A DNA stretch of 64,000 nucleotides, from the IMG/VR virus record IMGVR_UViG_3300027736_000026, positions 55,675-119,674 of that record, one strand, 5' to 3'. The notes under the pieces were generated by a model. It was not told the origin of the DNA, searched no databases, and saw nothing but the letters and a program-made list of their open reading frames with translations. The stretch's first letter is position 1; each line of letters opens with the position of its first letter. Shown piece after piece: positions 27,071-36,227 of this stretch. This stretch comes from a virus. The position numbers and the translations under genes are program-made.

Positions 27071-27140
27071 CTCTGTCACTGTGACAGCCAATTTTGTCTC
27101 AGAATGTCTCAAATAAGCAGTAAAAATGCTCTTTTTAAGA

Positions 27141-27157
27141 TTGGCACGGTTCTTGCT
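27141..27157 (+). promoter_or_regulatory. Sigma-54 (-24/-12) promoter
   Basis: TTGGCACGGTTCTTGCT matches the TGGCACG-N4-TTGCW consensus exactly, 14 nt before the hsp20 ATG. Confidence 0.8.
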
Positions 27158-27171
27158 AGAAGAAATCGCTT

Positions 27172-27510
27172 ATGATATATTATATTCAAACAAGTAATGG
27201 TCAAACTCAAAAACTAGATCTTTATAACAAAGATTCATTCTCGCTAGATAAAATGAGCGGCGAATATGTTTCTGAAATTGAAGTGCCGGGTTTTTGTAAA
27301 GAAGATTTAGACATTACAGTGAAGAGGCTAGAGCTTGGTGATTCTGTTACAATTAAAGCCTCCAATACGAAGAGAAAAGCTGAAGCTTCGCTATGGATTC
27401 CTTCCGCAGCGGACGCTTCTCTTTTGAGGGCTTCTGCTGAAAACGGACTACTTACATTGTCGGTTCCTGTTAAGGGAGCTTATCAGCCGAAGAAAGTTAA
27501 AGTAACTTAA
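27172..27510 (+). CDS. Small heat-shock protein (Hsp20/alpha-crystallin domain)
   Basis: EIEVPGFCKEDLDITV, ASAENGLLTLSVP, terminal KKVKV (IxI-like). Confidence 0.8.
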   Translation: MIYYIQTSNGQTQKLDLYNKDSFSLDKMSGEYVSEIEVPGFCKEDLDITVKRLELGDSVTIKASNTKRKAEASLWIPSAADASLLRASAENGLLTLSVPVKGAYQPKKVKVT

Positions 27511-27516
27511 GTTACT

Positions 27517-27543
27517 CCCCGCCTTTGGGCGGGGTTTGTTTTT
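27517..27543 (+). terminator. Rho-independent terminator
   Basis: CCCCGCC-TTTG-GGCGGGG followed by TTTGTTTTT. Confidence 0.85.
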
Positions 27544-28203
27544 ATGCCTTACCTAAGCGCCTCAATTCCAACTCAAACAGCATACTTAGACACTTCATTT
27601 CTTGAAGATTCTCCGCCAAGACAAACGGGGAAATGGATTGCTGTTGAAATATTTTCTATAGTTTCAATAACAAGGAGATGCTTGTTATTTAATGTAATGA
27701 GCGAATGCGGGGCGCAATTTGCTAGAGTCCCAATTCATTATTTATCAAAGATTCCAGACCCAAAAACAAACTTTGAACTGCACTGGCTTCAATTGTGGGA
27801 TAGTTTTAGTTACTATTTTACTATTCAAAGATTTGACTATCTTAAAAATGCTTCAGCTTATATGTTGCTTAAAGATAAGACTAAACATGTAGCTAAGTAT
27901 ATTTTCACAATTGATTGGTGTAATGGAGAGGATTATAATTTAGGATACTCTGAAATCTCAAACGGACACAAGTGCGCTCATATTTTTTGGGGAGAAGGCG
28001 GGCAGATGTTCGCTCAACCAAATAATAGAATAGTTTGGCGCGATTCAGGAGCTTTCATTGGGTCATCGTTACCTCCAGAGTCAAAAACATGGAGACCTTT
28101 CAGCCAAGAATTCTCTTGCGAAGGGCTAGCTCACAAGTGGACTGCTGGCGATGAAGAGCTTGTGTATTATGAGTTCGAGGTTGAGCCAGAACTAGCCAAA
28201 TAA
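27544..28203 (+). CDS. Hypothetical phage protein
   Basis: 219-aa ORF; GAQFARVPIH, LQLWD, FTIDW, HKCAH, AQPNNRI look like conserved motifs. Confidence 0.75.
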   Translation: MPYLSASIPTQTAYLDTSFLEDSPPRQTGKWIAVEIFSIVSITRRCLLFNVMSECGAQFARVPIHYLSKIPDPKTNFELHWLQLWDSFSYYFTIQRFDYLKNASAYMLLKDKTKHVAKYIFTIDWCNGEDYNLGYSEISNGHKCAHIFWGEGGQMFAQPNNRIVWRDSGAFIGSSLPPESKTWRPFSQEFSCEGLAHKWTAGDEELVYYEFEVEPELAK

Positions 28204-28243
28204 ACATGATAAAATAGAATGTGTAATATAATATATAGCTGAG

Positions 28244-28507
28244 ATGACTGCTGAAGAAAATAAGATTTTTGAAGATGCTCTTTTACTTCAGGAAACTACT
28301 GCTTGGTGGATTAATAAGACCGCTGAAGTTCTCGATGAAATAGATAGAGTTGAACGAAAAGGATTTTCTTTAGCAAGAGAAAAAAAGTTGGAATCTCTTT
28401 ATAAAAATCTTGAAGTCTTTTTGGCTAGAAAAAGGATAGAGGAAGACAAGATTACCGAAATTTTGTCTAGGATTGATAAAATAAAGGATAAAAAATGCCA
28501 AAACTAA
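28244..28507 (+). CDS. Hypothetical helical protein
   Basis: ORF track; preceded by the GTGTAA motif. Confidence 0.6.
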   Translation: MTAEENKIFEDALLLQETTAWWINKTAEVLDEIDRVERKGFSLAREKKLESLYKNLEVFLARKRIEEDKITEILSRIDKIKDKKCQN

Positions 28508-28656
28508 AAAGAGAAAAATTCTACATGATAATCTCAAACAAAAACAATTACACATATGGAGCTTTTCCATATACTAAAGAAGGAAAGATAGCAGCTAAAG
28601 ATTACATTCAAGAAAAATCAAACAAAAATTTGCAGTTAAAAATTAAAATCAAATAA
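28495..28656 (+). CDS. Small basic hypothetical protein (53 aa, not in track)
   Basis: MPKLKREKFYMIISNKNNYTYGAFPYTKEGKIAAKDYIQEK...; fills the gap. Confidence 0.55.
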   Translation: MPKLKREKFYMIISNKNNYTYGAFPYTKEGKIAAKDYIQEKSNKNLQLKIKIK

Positions 28657-28657
28657 T

Positions 28658-28804
28658 ATGCCCGTACCAAACAAACGCAAGAACGAAGACGCAAAGAAAT
28701 TCATGGAGCGTTGCATGAGCGAACTTCCAAAGAGCGAATTTCCAAACCCAAAGCAGCGTGTCGCCGTCTGCCTAAATCAAGAAAAGAAGAAGCCGAAGAA
28801 GTGA
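28658..28804 (+). CDS. Small phage protein (48 aa, not in track)
   Basis: MPVPNKRKNEDAKKFMERCMSELPKSEFPNPKQRVAVCLNQ; MP.P....E....F..RCM...EFP...QR.AVC pattern seen in phage proteins. Confidence 0.7.
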   Translation: MPVPNKRKNEDAKKFMERCMSELPKSEFPNPKQRVAVCLNQEKKKPKK

Positions 28805-28811
28805 TTATTTT

Positions 28812-29477
28812 ATGAAGTTAGTTATTTGTATGCCCGGAAACAGTTTTTCCGGGTCTTTTTTTGACTCATTCATTGAATTTTACCATTGGTGCCTCCACAA
28901 TGGAATTACCGTCTTCCTGTCAAGGAAAGAATCATGTAATATTTACTACGTTAGGAACATGTGCGTCGGCGGCAACGTCCAAGCTGGCAAGCAGCAAAAG
29001 CCTTGGGGCGGAAAGCTCGATTATGATTACATGTTATGGATAGACTCTGATATCATCTTCAAACCTGAAGACTTTATTAAACTTCTTCAGATGGAGGTTG
29101 ATATTGCGTCTGGATTATACTTAATGGCAGACGGCTCAAGAGAACCCAAAAAGTTTGCGACTGTTGTGGATTGGGACGAAAAGTTTTTTGAAAAAAATGG
29201 TTACTTTAAGTTCGTTGAGAGAGAAGATATAGTAGGCGAAACAAAACCCTTCGTAGCTGACTACACTGGTTTTGGTTTTATGCTAATTAAGAAAGGCGTA
29301 TTTGAGAGTTTGGATTATCCTTGGTTCCAGCCGATCTTCTTTAATATTGGTAACGCTCACGACTTCTGCATGGAAGACGTTGGCTTCTGTTTGAAAGCAA
29401 AAGAAAAAGGTCACAAAGTATGGATAAATCCACAAGTAATAGTGAAACACGAAAAGAAGATCCTTCTGAGTACATGA
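28812..29477 (+). CDS. GT-A fold glycosyltransferase-like protein
   Basis: YDYMLWIDSDIIF, YTGFGFMLIKKGVFE, PWF, EDVGFC, V.H.K. Confidence 0.8.
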   Translation: MKLVICMPGNSFSGSFFDSFIEFYHWCLHNGITVFLSRKESCNIYYVRNMCVGGNVQAGKQQKPWGGKLDYDYMLWIDSDIIFKPEDFIKLLQMEVDIASGLYLMADGSREPKKFATVVDWDEKFFEKNGYFKFVEREDIVGETKPFVADYTGFGFMLIKKGVFESLDYPWFQPIFFNIGNAHDFCMEDVGFCLKAKEKGHKVWINPQVIVKHEKKILLST

Positions 29478-29773
29478 GAGGTCTAAAGGTTGATCGACTT
29501 TGCTTAGTAGAGAAATTCTTTAACACAAAACTGGAACTGCTGGTCGAAATTTGGAAAGGCGAAACAGAAGATCAGTATTTTACTCTTGATTTTGCTTATA
29601 ATTATACTTCTTGCGCCGTTATGGGCTCCATAAGCGACAGAGAATCTACTCTAGGGGACTACAAAGAAGTTCTTTGGGCGAAAGATGAATTATTTGATAT
29701 AATGGCTTTAGAAAAGTATCTTAAATGGGACACCTCAGAAGCAATAATTGAAGACCTATCTGAAAGAACATGA
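29474..29773 (+). CDS. Hypothetical protein
   Basis: Likely start MRGLKV overlapping the upstream stop. Confidence 0.55.
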   Translation: MRGLKVDRLCLVEKFFNTKLELLVEIWKGETEDQYFTLDFAYNYTSCAVMGSISDRESTLGDYKEVLWAKDELFDIMALEKYLKWDTSEAIIEDLSERT

Positions 29774-30222
29774 ATGTAAAGCTAGAAAATTATCTTTGTA
29801 AACGTTTCTCTTCGTTTTTCGAAGGCAAAGGCCACTCGTTTGACTGTTCTGACGGCTGGTTTTTTATCTTAAATTGGGTGTTTTTGAGAGTTGAACGTTC
29901 TTTAAAATACATAAATGAAGAGAAGGCTCCAGAAGACAAGGACTCTTTCATCGTTTTGCAAACCAAAGAAAAGTTTGGGACTCTTCGCCTCTACTACGCA
30001 GGGACACACAGCGAAGAAATTCGCACCATTGTCAACAACGCAGAGTCTTTGAGTGGTTTTGTTTGCGAAGAGACCGGAGTTTTTAACGAAACTGTAGGGA
30101 GCAATTCCAAGGGGTGGATTAAAACTCTTGCTAAAGATCAAGCCGGTTTTAATACTGGATGGACTAGTCAATATGATGATGATTTACTAGCCATCTTAGA
30201 AGAAATAAAATTAACCAAATGA
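29770..30222 (+). CDS. Hypothetical phage protein
   Basis: DGWF, QTKEKFGTLRLY, S..CE..G, GWIKTL motif family. Confidence 0.7.
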   Translation: MNVKLENYLCKRFSSFFEGKGHSFDCSDGWFFILNWVFLRVERSLKYINEEKAPEDKDSFIVLQTKEKFGTLRLYYAGTHSEEIRTIVNNAESLSGFVCEETGVFNETVGSNSKGWIKTLAKDQAGFNTGWTSQYDDDLLAILEEIKLTK

Positions 30223-30446
30223 CTGAAAAAGAAGCCAAGCAGCAATGCTTAATGATTAAGAAAACTTCTATTTGGCTAAAGAAGGAAATCGCAGCGACGA
30301 TGAAACTCGTCAGAGAGTCTAAAAGCGGGGAAGAAACTCTTCTTCATTTAAATCATCTCATTTGTTTGAAGAACAAGGCTGGAGCAGAGGTCAGCCGAAT
30401 CGACAAGCTAATGGAGAGGATGGGAGAAGAAGATTCTGAATTTTGA
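30219..30446 (+). CDS. Hypothetical protein
   Basis: ATGA-coupled ORF. Confidence 0.55.
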   Translation: MTEKEAKQQCLMIKKTSIWLKKEIAATMKLVRESKSGEETLLHLNHLICLKNKAGAEVSRIDKLMERMGEEDSEF

Positions 30447-30482
30447 CCTTGCTTTTCCCTTGGAGCCAGCTAAAGTGAGGGC

Positions 30483-31394
30483 GTGATAAATTATGGACTT
30501 TGCTGTATTTCCCTTGTTTTGTCCGAAAAAGGGGAGAAATTCCAAACGCTGACCTACACAAGATTCAAGGCCCTTGGCAGAGAGGAAGGGATGAAAGTCC
30601 TCTCTAACAGAATACTAAATAATTTCAATGTTACTCTTAAAACGATTTCTCATTGCGCTCAAAGCGGAATTGGATCTTACAGACTTTCTAGCGAGATTAC
30701 TCCTCTTCTCAGTCATCCTGACCTTGATATTGATCTCACTGAACTTGACCATGCGAAAGAAATTTTTGACATCATTGATGAGACTAAGAAAGAGATAAAA
30801 AGATCAGGATTAAGGATATCTTCCCATCCTCCTGAGTTCGTTAGCTTTACTTCCCAGAAAGAACAAGTCATTAACAACTCAATTAGAGATCTAGATGAAC
30901 ACGCTATGCTCTTCGATCTCTATGACTGTCCTAAAGATTATCGCTCGCCCCTAAATATTCACATTAGACAAGACGGCGACCCAGAAGAATTGTCTCAAAG
31001 ATTTATGTCGGTTTACAATCGCCTCAAGCCAAATGTAAAAGATAGACTGGTGCTTGAAGTTAACGACAACAAGAATGGCACTTGGTCAGTCAAGAACTTA
31101 ATTAAGTATTTTTATGAGCGTCACGGTATTCCTATAACCTTTGACTCCTTGCATCAATCTCTCTTGCATGGTGATCAATCTGACGAAGAAGCTTTCAATG
31201 ACGCTTACCGCACTTGGCCCACCAAGCCTCTGTTCCATTATTCTGAAGGAGTAGATGGCACTCGCAAACACGCAGACATGCCAATAAATCATCCAAAAAA
31301 CTTTGGACAAGTTGTTGACTTTGACATAGAATTGAAGAGTAAAGATTTAGCGATCTTTAAATTGCAGGAATTTGCTAAAACAACTTGTAATTAA
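30483..31394 (+). CDS. uvsE: UV-damage endonuclease
   Basis: GLCCI, YRLSS, RISSHP, NIH, RLVLEVND, PITFDSLH, FHYSE, HAD, DIELKSKDLA. Confidence 0.92.
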   Translation: MINYGLCCISLVLSEKGEKFQTLTYTRFKALGREEGMKVLSNRILNNFNVTLKTISHCAQSGIGSYRLSSEITPLLSHPDLDIDLTELDHAKEIFDIIDETKKEIKRSGLRISSHPPEFVSFTSQKEQVINNSIRDLDEHAMLFDLYDCPKDYRSPLNIHIRQDGDPEELSQRFMSVYNRLKPNVKDRLVLEVNDNKNGTWSVKNLIKYFYERHGIPITFDSLHQSLLHGDQSDEEAFNDAYRTWPTKPLFHYSEGVDGTRKHADMPINHPKNFGQVVDFDIELKSKDLAIFKLQEFAKTTCN

Positions 31395-31400
31395 TTCGTC

Positions 31401-31472
31401 GCCAAAATAGCTCAACGGTAGAGCGCCGTTTTTGTAAAGCGGGGGTTGCTGGTTCAAATCCAGTTTTTGGCT
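31401..31472 (+). tRNA. tRNA-Thr(UGU)
   Basis: Acceptor GCCAAAA/TTTTGGC, D arm GCTC/GAGC, anticodon loop TTTGTAA, T loop TTCAAAT; no encoded CCA. Confidence 0.9.
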
Positions 31473-31513
31473 CGAATCTTTCTAGCGGCTCCATTTTGAG
31501 TGTAAAATATAAT

Positions 31514-32185
31514 ATGACAGTAACTAAAACTCAGTGCGAGCATTGTAAAAACGAATTCAATAAAAGCATTTCTGAATACAACAGATCTTTAAGATTAAAT
31601 CTTAAGCATTTTTGCTCGCGTTCTTGTTCTGCTAAACACAATGTAGCATTGCAGAGGCAAAAGGTTGATAAACAAAGTCAAGACTATTATCTCAATCCTA
31701 ATAGATGCAAGAGTTGTGATAAACCAATCTCATATAAAAATAAAAATAATAATAAATTTTGCGGGCATTCATGCTCTGCAATATTTAATAATATAAAGAG
31801 ACCGAAGAAACGAACTTGTATTTTTTGCGGGAAAGGAACTAGTAATCAAAGATTTTGTAACAAACGATGTTTTAGCGATCACAAGATGGAGTCTACTAAA
31901 AAATTAATAGAACAAGGCAAAAAAGTAGGACCCAATAGTTTTAAAAGACATCTAATTGAAAAAAATGGACACAAATGTCAAATGTGCGGTATAATTGAAT
32001 GGGGAGGCAAGCCCGTTCTTCTAATACTAGACCATGTAAATGGTAATTCTGGAGATTGTTCTCTCGGTAATTTGAGATTAATTTGCAGTAATTGCGACAC
32101 ATTGACTCCAACTTACAAAGGAAGAAATAAAGGAAATGGAAGGCATCTAAGAAAACAAAGGTATTCAGAAGGCAAAAGTTTTTAA
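31514..32185 (+). CDS. HNH endonuclease with multiple Cys-rich zinc-finger repeats
   Basis: Repeated CxxC...FCSxxC; C-terminal CQMC...LILDHVNGN...NLRLICSNCD. Confidence 0.85.
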   Translation: MTVTKTQCEHCKNEFNKSISEYNRSLRLNLKHFCSRSCSAKHNVALQRQKVDKQSQDYYLNPNRCKSCDKPISYKNKNNNKFCGHSCSAIFNNIKRPKKRTCIFCGKGTSNQRFCNKRCFSDHKMESTKKLIEQGKKVGPNSFKRHLIEKNGHKCQMCGIIEWGGKPVLLILDHVNGNSGDCSLGNLRLICSNCDTLTPTYKGRNKGNGRHLRKQRYSEGKSF

Positions 32186-32932
32186 ATGACAATTTCAAGC
32201 ACAGATAAGAAAATATTAATCATTTCAGATATCCACAACAACGTGGATAAACTGGATAAAATTATCAAAGCAGAGAGCGCAGATATTAATCTGGTTCTTG
32301 GCGATTGGTTTGATAGTTTTGAATATGACGAAACTCATCATTATGCAAAAACTGCTGAGTATTTAATGGGCTATTTATCTTCTCCAAATAATCACACATT
32401 GTTTGGTAATCATGATCTCCATTACATGTATTATAATTCTTATTTGATGTGTGGCGGGTACGAGCAAAGGAAGCAAAGTGCTATAAATCAAGTATTCGGC
32501 GAAAATCGTCTTAGTATTTGTAAAAAATTTGATTGGTTTGCATGGGTAGACGGTTACCTATGCACTCACGCAGGGCTATTCCCTGACTTTATTGATCCAA
32601 CAGCAAAAGACAGTTCTGACATTAATCTTTTTCTAATTAAAGAAAGAGAACGAGCAAATGTTAAATTAATTAGTGGCGATGACCATTGGTTTTATGCTGC
32701 TGGCAGAGCTAGAGGAGGTCATTGGAATAAAGGAGGGCTTGTTTGGTTGGACTTTGATCGGGAATTTGCGCCTATTAAAGGACTTAATCAAATTGTCGGC
32801 CACACTCCTCGCAGAGACAGCAAGATCGCAAAATATGCAAAAACTGAAAACTATTGCATTGACACTCATTTAAATCAATGGTTGACTTTCACTAATGACA
32901 AGATTGAGGTTAAAACTTATAAAGATCTATGA
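32186..32932 (+). CDS. Calcineurin-like metallophosphoesterase
   Basis: SDIH, GDWFD, GNHD, THAG, QIVGHT, IDT. Confidence 0.9.
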   Translation: MTISSTDKKILIISDIHNNVDKLDKIIKAESADINLVLGDWFDSFEYDETHHYAKTAEYLMGYLSSPNNHTLFGNHDLHYMYYNSYLMCGGYEQRKQSAINQVFGENRLSICKKFDWFAWVDGYLCTHAGLFPDFIDPTAKDSSDINLFLIKERERANVKLISGDDHWFYAAGRARGGHWNKGGLVWLDFDREFAPIKGLNQIVGHTPRRDSKIAKYAKTENYCIDTHLNQWLTFTNDKIEVKTYKDL

Positions 32933-33312
32933 GTTATTATCTGTTTATTGATGACATTCGTTATCCAAGCGACGTTACTTGGGTGAATATTCCTAATTAC
33001 GAGTGGATAATTGCCCGTGACTTTTTCCAATTTAGGGATATAATAAAGATAAAGGGGATTCCATCTTTTGTCTGTTATGATCATGACCTTGGGGCGCAAC
33101 ATTATCGTGATCTTAAAACAATCCTAGAAACCAATAAAATTGACTATGCTAAGTATAAAGAAAAGACTGGCTACGATTGCGCTAAGTATTTGGTTGAGGT
33201 TTGTCAAGATCAAAAAGTCTCTCACCCAGCATACGAAGTCCATTCTATGAATCCAGTAGGTGCTGAAAACATTAAAAAATATATAGACAACTACAATGCA
33301 AAAGGAATTTGA
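32929..33312 (+). CDS. Cyclic-phosphate-processing receiver-like domain protein
   Basis: LFIDDIR, YDHDLG, TGYDCAKYL, VHSMNPVG. Confidence 0.78.
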   Translation: MSYYLFIDDIRYPSDVTWVNIPNYEWIIARDFFQFRDIIKIKGIPSFVCYDHDLGAQHYRDLKTILETNKIDYAKYKEKTGYDCAKYLVEVCQDQKVSHPAYEVHSMNPVGAENIKKYIDNYNAKGI

Positions 33313-33946
33313 TTTCAGGACACCAGAAGAAGTCGCTGAACATAAAAAGATAGCCGAAGAAAACGAAAAAGCTTTTGATCTTATGTTTAATTCTGATGAA
33401 CCAGTTTATAATAAGTATGTAGATTTTTTACTTGACCTTGTTCCTTTTAGGTTGGGTTGGAAAGCTAGGTATTGGCCTAATGAAATTCGTTGGTGGGCGA
33501 AATGCAAGTATCAGAAGATTCGTTATGGGGTTTCTGATGATGAGGTGTATTCTTTGGGATACAATATTGCTCTTTTCATCCTGCCTCGACTTAAATATTT
33601 TAAGAAAAAGGGCAAAACTGGAATCTCTTGTTGTTTCCTGCCAGACAACTTCCATCTGCTTGAAGGCAAACAGCAGACAGCCGCTGAAGAAAAAGGCATA
33701 GAAGAAATGAATTTTGCGCTTGACGAAATGATTTTCGCTTTTGAGTATATTATTGATGGAGATAAGTTTTGCGAATTGCCAGAGAGTCTTTCTTTTAAAA
33801 CAAAAGGTCTTAATCTCAACTCTGAAAAGACTATTGAAGAAAAACAAGCTTGGGGAGAGTACATGGAAAAGGCTAATAAGCTTAATGAGAGAAAAGAAAA
33901 CGGCTTAATGCTTTTCGCGAAGTATTATGACATTCTTTGGATATAA
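33296..33946 (+). CDS. Hypothetical phage protein
   Basis: IALFILPRLKYF, LDEMIFAF, GLMLFAKYY..LW pattern. Confidence 0.7.
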   Translation: MQKEFDFRTPEEVAEHKKIAEENEKAFDLMFNSDEPVYNKYVDFLLDLVPFRLGWKARYWPNEIRWWAKCKYQKIRYGVSDDEVYSLGYNIALFILPRLKYFKKKGKTGISCCFLPDNFHLLEGKQQTAAEEKGIEEMNFALDEMIFAFEYIIDGDKFCELPESLSFKTKGLNLNSEKTIEEKQAWGEYMEKANKLNERKENGLMLFAKYYDILWI

Positions 33947-34284
33947 TGAAATTATTTTTAGGAATTTTATTGCTTAGTATAGTTTATATAATTGGGTGGT
34001 ATCAAATTCATGGGCAATTTATATCAGAATGGTTTAATAAATACCAATACTATTTGATATGGATAAGCGTCCCCACTACATTAATAACTATTAAAGCTAT
34101 TAAATTAATTAATGAATATTTCAATGGTTTAATTTGGCCTAATCGAATCCTTACTTTTGGGATAGGAATTATACTATTTACGATTTTAACTTCTTTTCAT
34201 TTTAACGAAAAGATAAATGCAAAAACTTTAACCTTATTATTACTCTGCGGTATGGTAGTCGCAATTCAAGCGCTTTGGATATGA
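33946..34284 (+). CDS. Small four-TM membrane protein (SMR/DMT-like)
   Basis: Four hydrophobic segments; FNEKIN turn before the last helix. Confidence 0.6.
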   Translation: MKLFLGILLLSIVYIIGWYQIHGQFISEWFNKYQYYLIWISVPTTLITIKAIKLINEYFNGLIWPNRILTFGIGIILFTILTSFHFNEKINAKTLTLLLLCGMVVAIQALWI

Positions 34285-34478
34285 AATTTACAACTCAACA
34301 GCGAGAACTAATTAAAGACACTCGCAATAAAATTAATAAACTAAAAATCGAGCAAAATGATTTATATAGCAATTTGCTTTCTCAATTAAACATGTCCGAA
34401 AGAGCAGAGGATTGGATCTTTGATTATGTTTATAACAATTACGGGACGATAAAGAAAATAGAATCTTTTCTTAAGTAA
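34281..34478 (+). CDS. Hypothetical protein
   Basis: ATGA-coupled ORF. Confidence 0.55.
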   Translation: MKFTTQQRELIKDTRNKINKLKIEQNDLYSNLLSQLNMSERAEDWIFDYVYNNYGTIKKIESFLK

Positions 34479-34479
34479 C

Positions 34480-34830
34480 ATGTCAAAACTGCATTTTGTG
34501 CCCAAAGGCTGGGGATATGAGAAGTGGATTGTTAATAATGAAAAGTATTGCGGAAAAATTCTTTTCGTCGTTAAAGATCGCAAGTGTAGTCTTCATTACC
34601 ACAAGATTAAAGATGAGACTTTCTATATCCAAAGCGGAAAAATTGTCTTGCATTACGGTATGGACGAAAAAACCGCAAGGAACTACTGGACTACTTTGGG
34701 TCGAGGCGATACCTTCCATATCCCAGTAGGGATGATCCATCAATTCTCTGCCCTAAAAGATAGTGAAATCATTGAAATCAGCACCCAGCACTTCGACGAA
34801 GACAGTTACAGAATCGAAAAAGGAGACTAA
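34480..34830 (+). CDS. Cupin protein (mannose-6-phosphate isomerase C-terminal-like)
   Basis: PKGWGYE, SLHYHKIKDETF, HQF, EISTQHFDEDSYR. Confidence 0.85.
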   Translation: MSKLHFVPKGWGYEKWIVNNEKYCGKILFVVKDRKCSLHYHKIKDETFYIQSGKIVLHYGMDEKTARNYWTTLGRGDTFHIPVGMIHQFSALKDSEIIEISTQHFDEDSYRIEKGD

Positions 34831-35000
34831 ATTCTTGCAAAACAAAAAACTCTTAAACGAACTGGCGCAAAGTATCAAAAATGTTGATGCCAGCGAAGAA
34901 CCAAATCGTATAGTTAAGGATATTGATAAGATTATTCAGAGCTATTATACTAAATTTTACGACACCGTTGACGGCAGGAAACAGATGACTCAACAAAAGA

Positions 35001-35186
35001 ATGGACACTGATGCTAAGGTCTCAACCCCTTGCATCAGACTTTGTAAATTAAAAGACGGTTTCTGCACAGGTTGCGGAAGGTCTTGGCAGCAGATCGCTG
35101 ACTGGACCCAGTATTCTGAGAAAACTAGACTAGAAATAATGGCCTCTCTGTTGATAAACGAAAAACATGAACGGAAAAGGAAGTAA
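35001..35186 (+). CDS. DUF1289-like small Cys-rich protein
   Basis: STPCIRLC...FCTGCGRS..QI.DW. Confidence 0.8.
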   Translation: MDTDAKVSTPCIRLCKLKDGFCTGCGRSWQQIADWTQYSEKTRLEIMASLLINEKHERKRK

Positions 35187-35331
35187 ACCTAGAAATTGTT
35201 TTAGCAAACGATTCAAAACCAATTATGATGAAATTAGCTGGAATAAGCCAGCGCATCATGAACAGACCAATAAACATCATAGAACTCAAAGAAAAAGAAC
35301 TTCCAAAGTATCACCAACCAAAAATGGGTGA
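35167..35331 (+). CDS. Small basic phage protein (54 aa, not in track)
   Basis: MNGKGSKPRNCFSKRFKTNYDEISW; GKGSKPR...NYD.I pattern. Confidence 0.5.
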   Translation: MNGKGSKPRNCFSKRFKTNYDEISWNKPAHHEQTNKHHRTQRKRTSKVSPTKNG

Positions 35332-35461
35332 CAACTTTCAAGCAGGAGACCTCCTACATCTAGTCGAAAACGAATATGTAGTGATCTCCAAAGAAAGCAA
35401 TCTCTTAAAGCAGATAATTACTAAATACAATAAAGTATACAGAAAAAATGGAAAAAGATAA
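35258..35461 (+). CDS. Hypothetical protein
   Basis: ORF track, likely start MNRPIN. Confidence 0.5.
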   Translation: MNRPINIIELKEKELPKYHQPKMGDNFQAGDLLHLVENEYVVISKESNLLKQIITKYNKVYRKNGKR

Positions 35462-35954
35462 AGACGGCTATCTCTTGGTCCCAAAAGAATTCACTTATAA
35501 ACACTACTTATTTAAGTTCATAAATGAGCTTGAAGGAGGCTGGATGATTTATGAGAAAATGAAAGAAGCTACTAAAACCAAAAAATACGAATTGGTTAAG
35601 CCTAAGAGGCAAGATCAATTTGTACTTCATGGCAATATTATTGAGGCTAAGTGGGTCTATCCTCACAGTAATTCTTTTGGCAGGATTGGTTTTGACTGCA
35701 TTTCTCTGGATGTCGCCATTAACAGGCATAAAGAAATGTTAGCCGACAAGCAAGAACAAGTCGAGACTACTCAAGTGGAGTTAAAGATTCCAAATGGAGA
35801 ATTCACCATGAAGGATCTACTTGTTACAAATAAAATTCCTTATCCTAAACTTTATCTTAAAGTTAAAGAAATGGTCATCGGCAATACTATTAAAAAAGTG
35901 GGTGAAAAGAAAAATGGTAGAGGAAAACACAGTAATATTTTTAAATTAGTGTAA
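35448..35954 (+). CDS. Hypothetical protein with C-terminal winged-helix-like segment
   Basis: YPHSNSFG; FTMKDL...KVGEKKNGRGK. Confidence 0.6.
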   Translation: MEKDKDGYLLVPKEFTYKHYLFKFINELEGGWMIYEKMKEATKTKKYELVKPKRQDQFVLHGNIIEAKWVYPHSNSFGRIGFDCISLDVAINRHKEMLADKQEQVETTQVELKIPNGEFTMKDLLVTNKIPYPKLYLKVKEMVIGNTIKKVGEKKNGRGKHSNIFKLV

Positions 35955-35964
35955 TAAATAATCT

Positions 35965-36216
35965 ATGGAAGAATACATGGGAAATATTAAACTATTCGCA
36001 GGAACTTTTTATCCAAAAGACTATATGTACTGCGATGGTCAAACTTTATCAATTCAGCAATACACTGCATTGTTTTCTATTGTAGGCACTCAATATGGAG
36101 GAGATGGAAGAATTACATTCTGCCTTCCTAATTTAAATAAAACCCCGATAGTAGAGGGAACAAATTTAAAATATATAATTTGTACCCAAGGTTTATACCC
36201 TACTAGGCCAGATTAA
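35965..36216 (+). CDS. Stand-alone phage tail-collar domain protein
   Basis: YMGNIKLFAGTFYPKDYMYCDGQTLSIQQYTALFSIVGTQYGGDGRITFCLPNL...YIICTQGLYPTR. Confidence 0.88.
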   Translation: MEEYMGNIKLFAGTFYPKDYMYCDGQTLSIQQYTALFSIVGTQYGGDGRITFCLPNLNKTPIVEGTNLKYIICTQGLYPTRPD

Positions 36217-36227
36217 AAAACGTTCAC

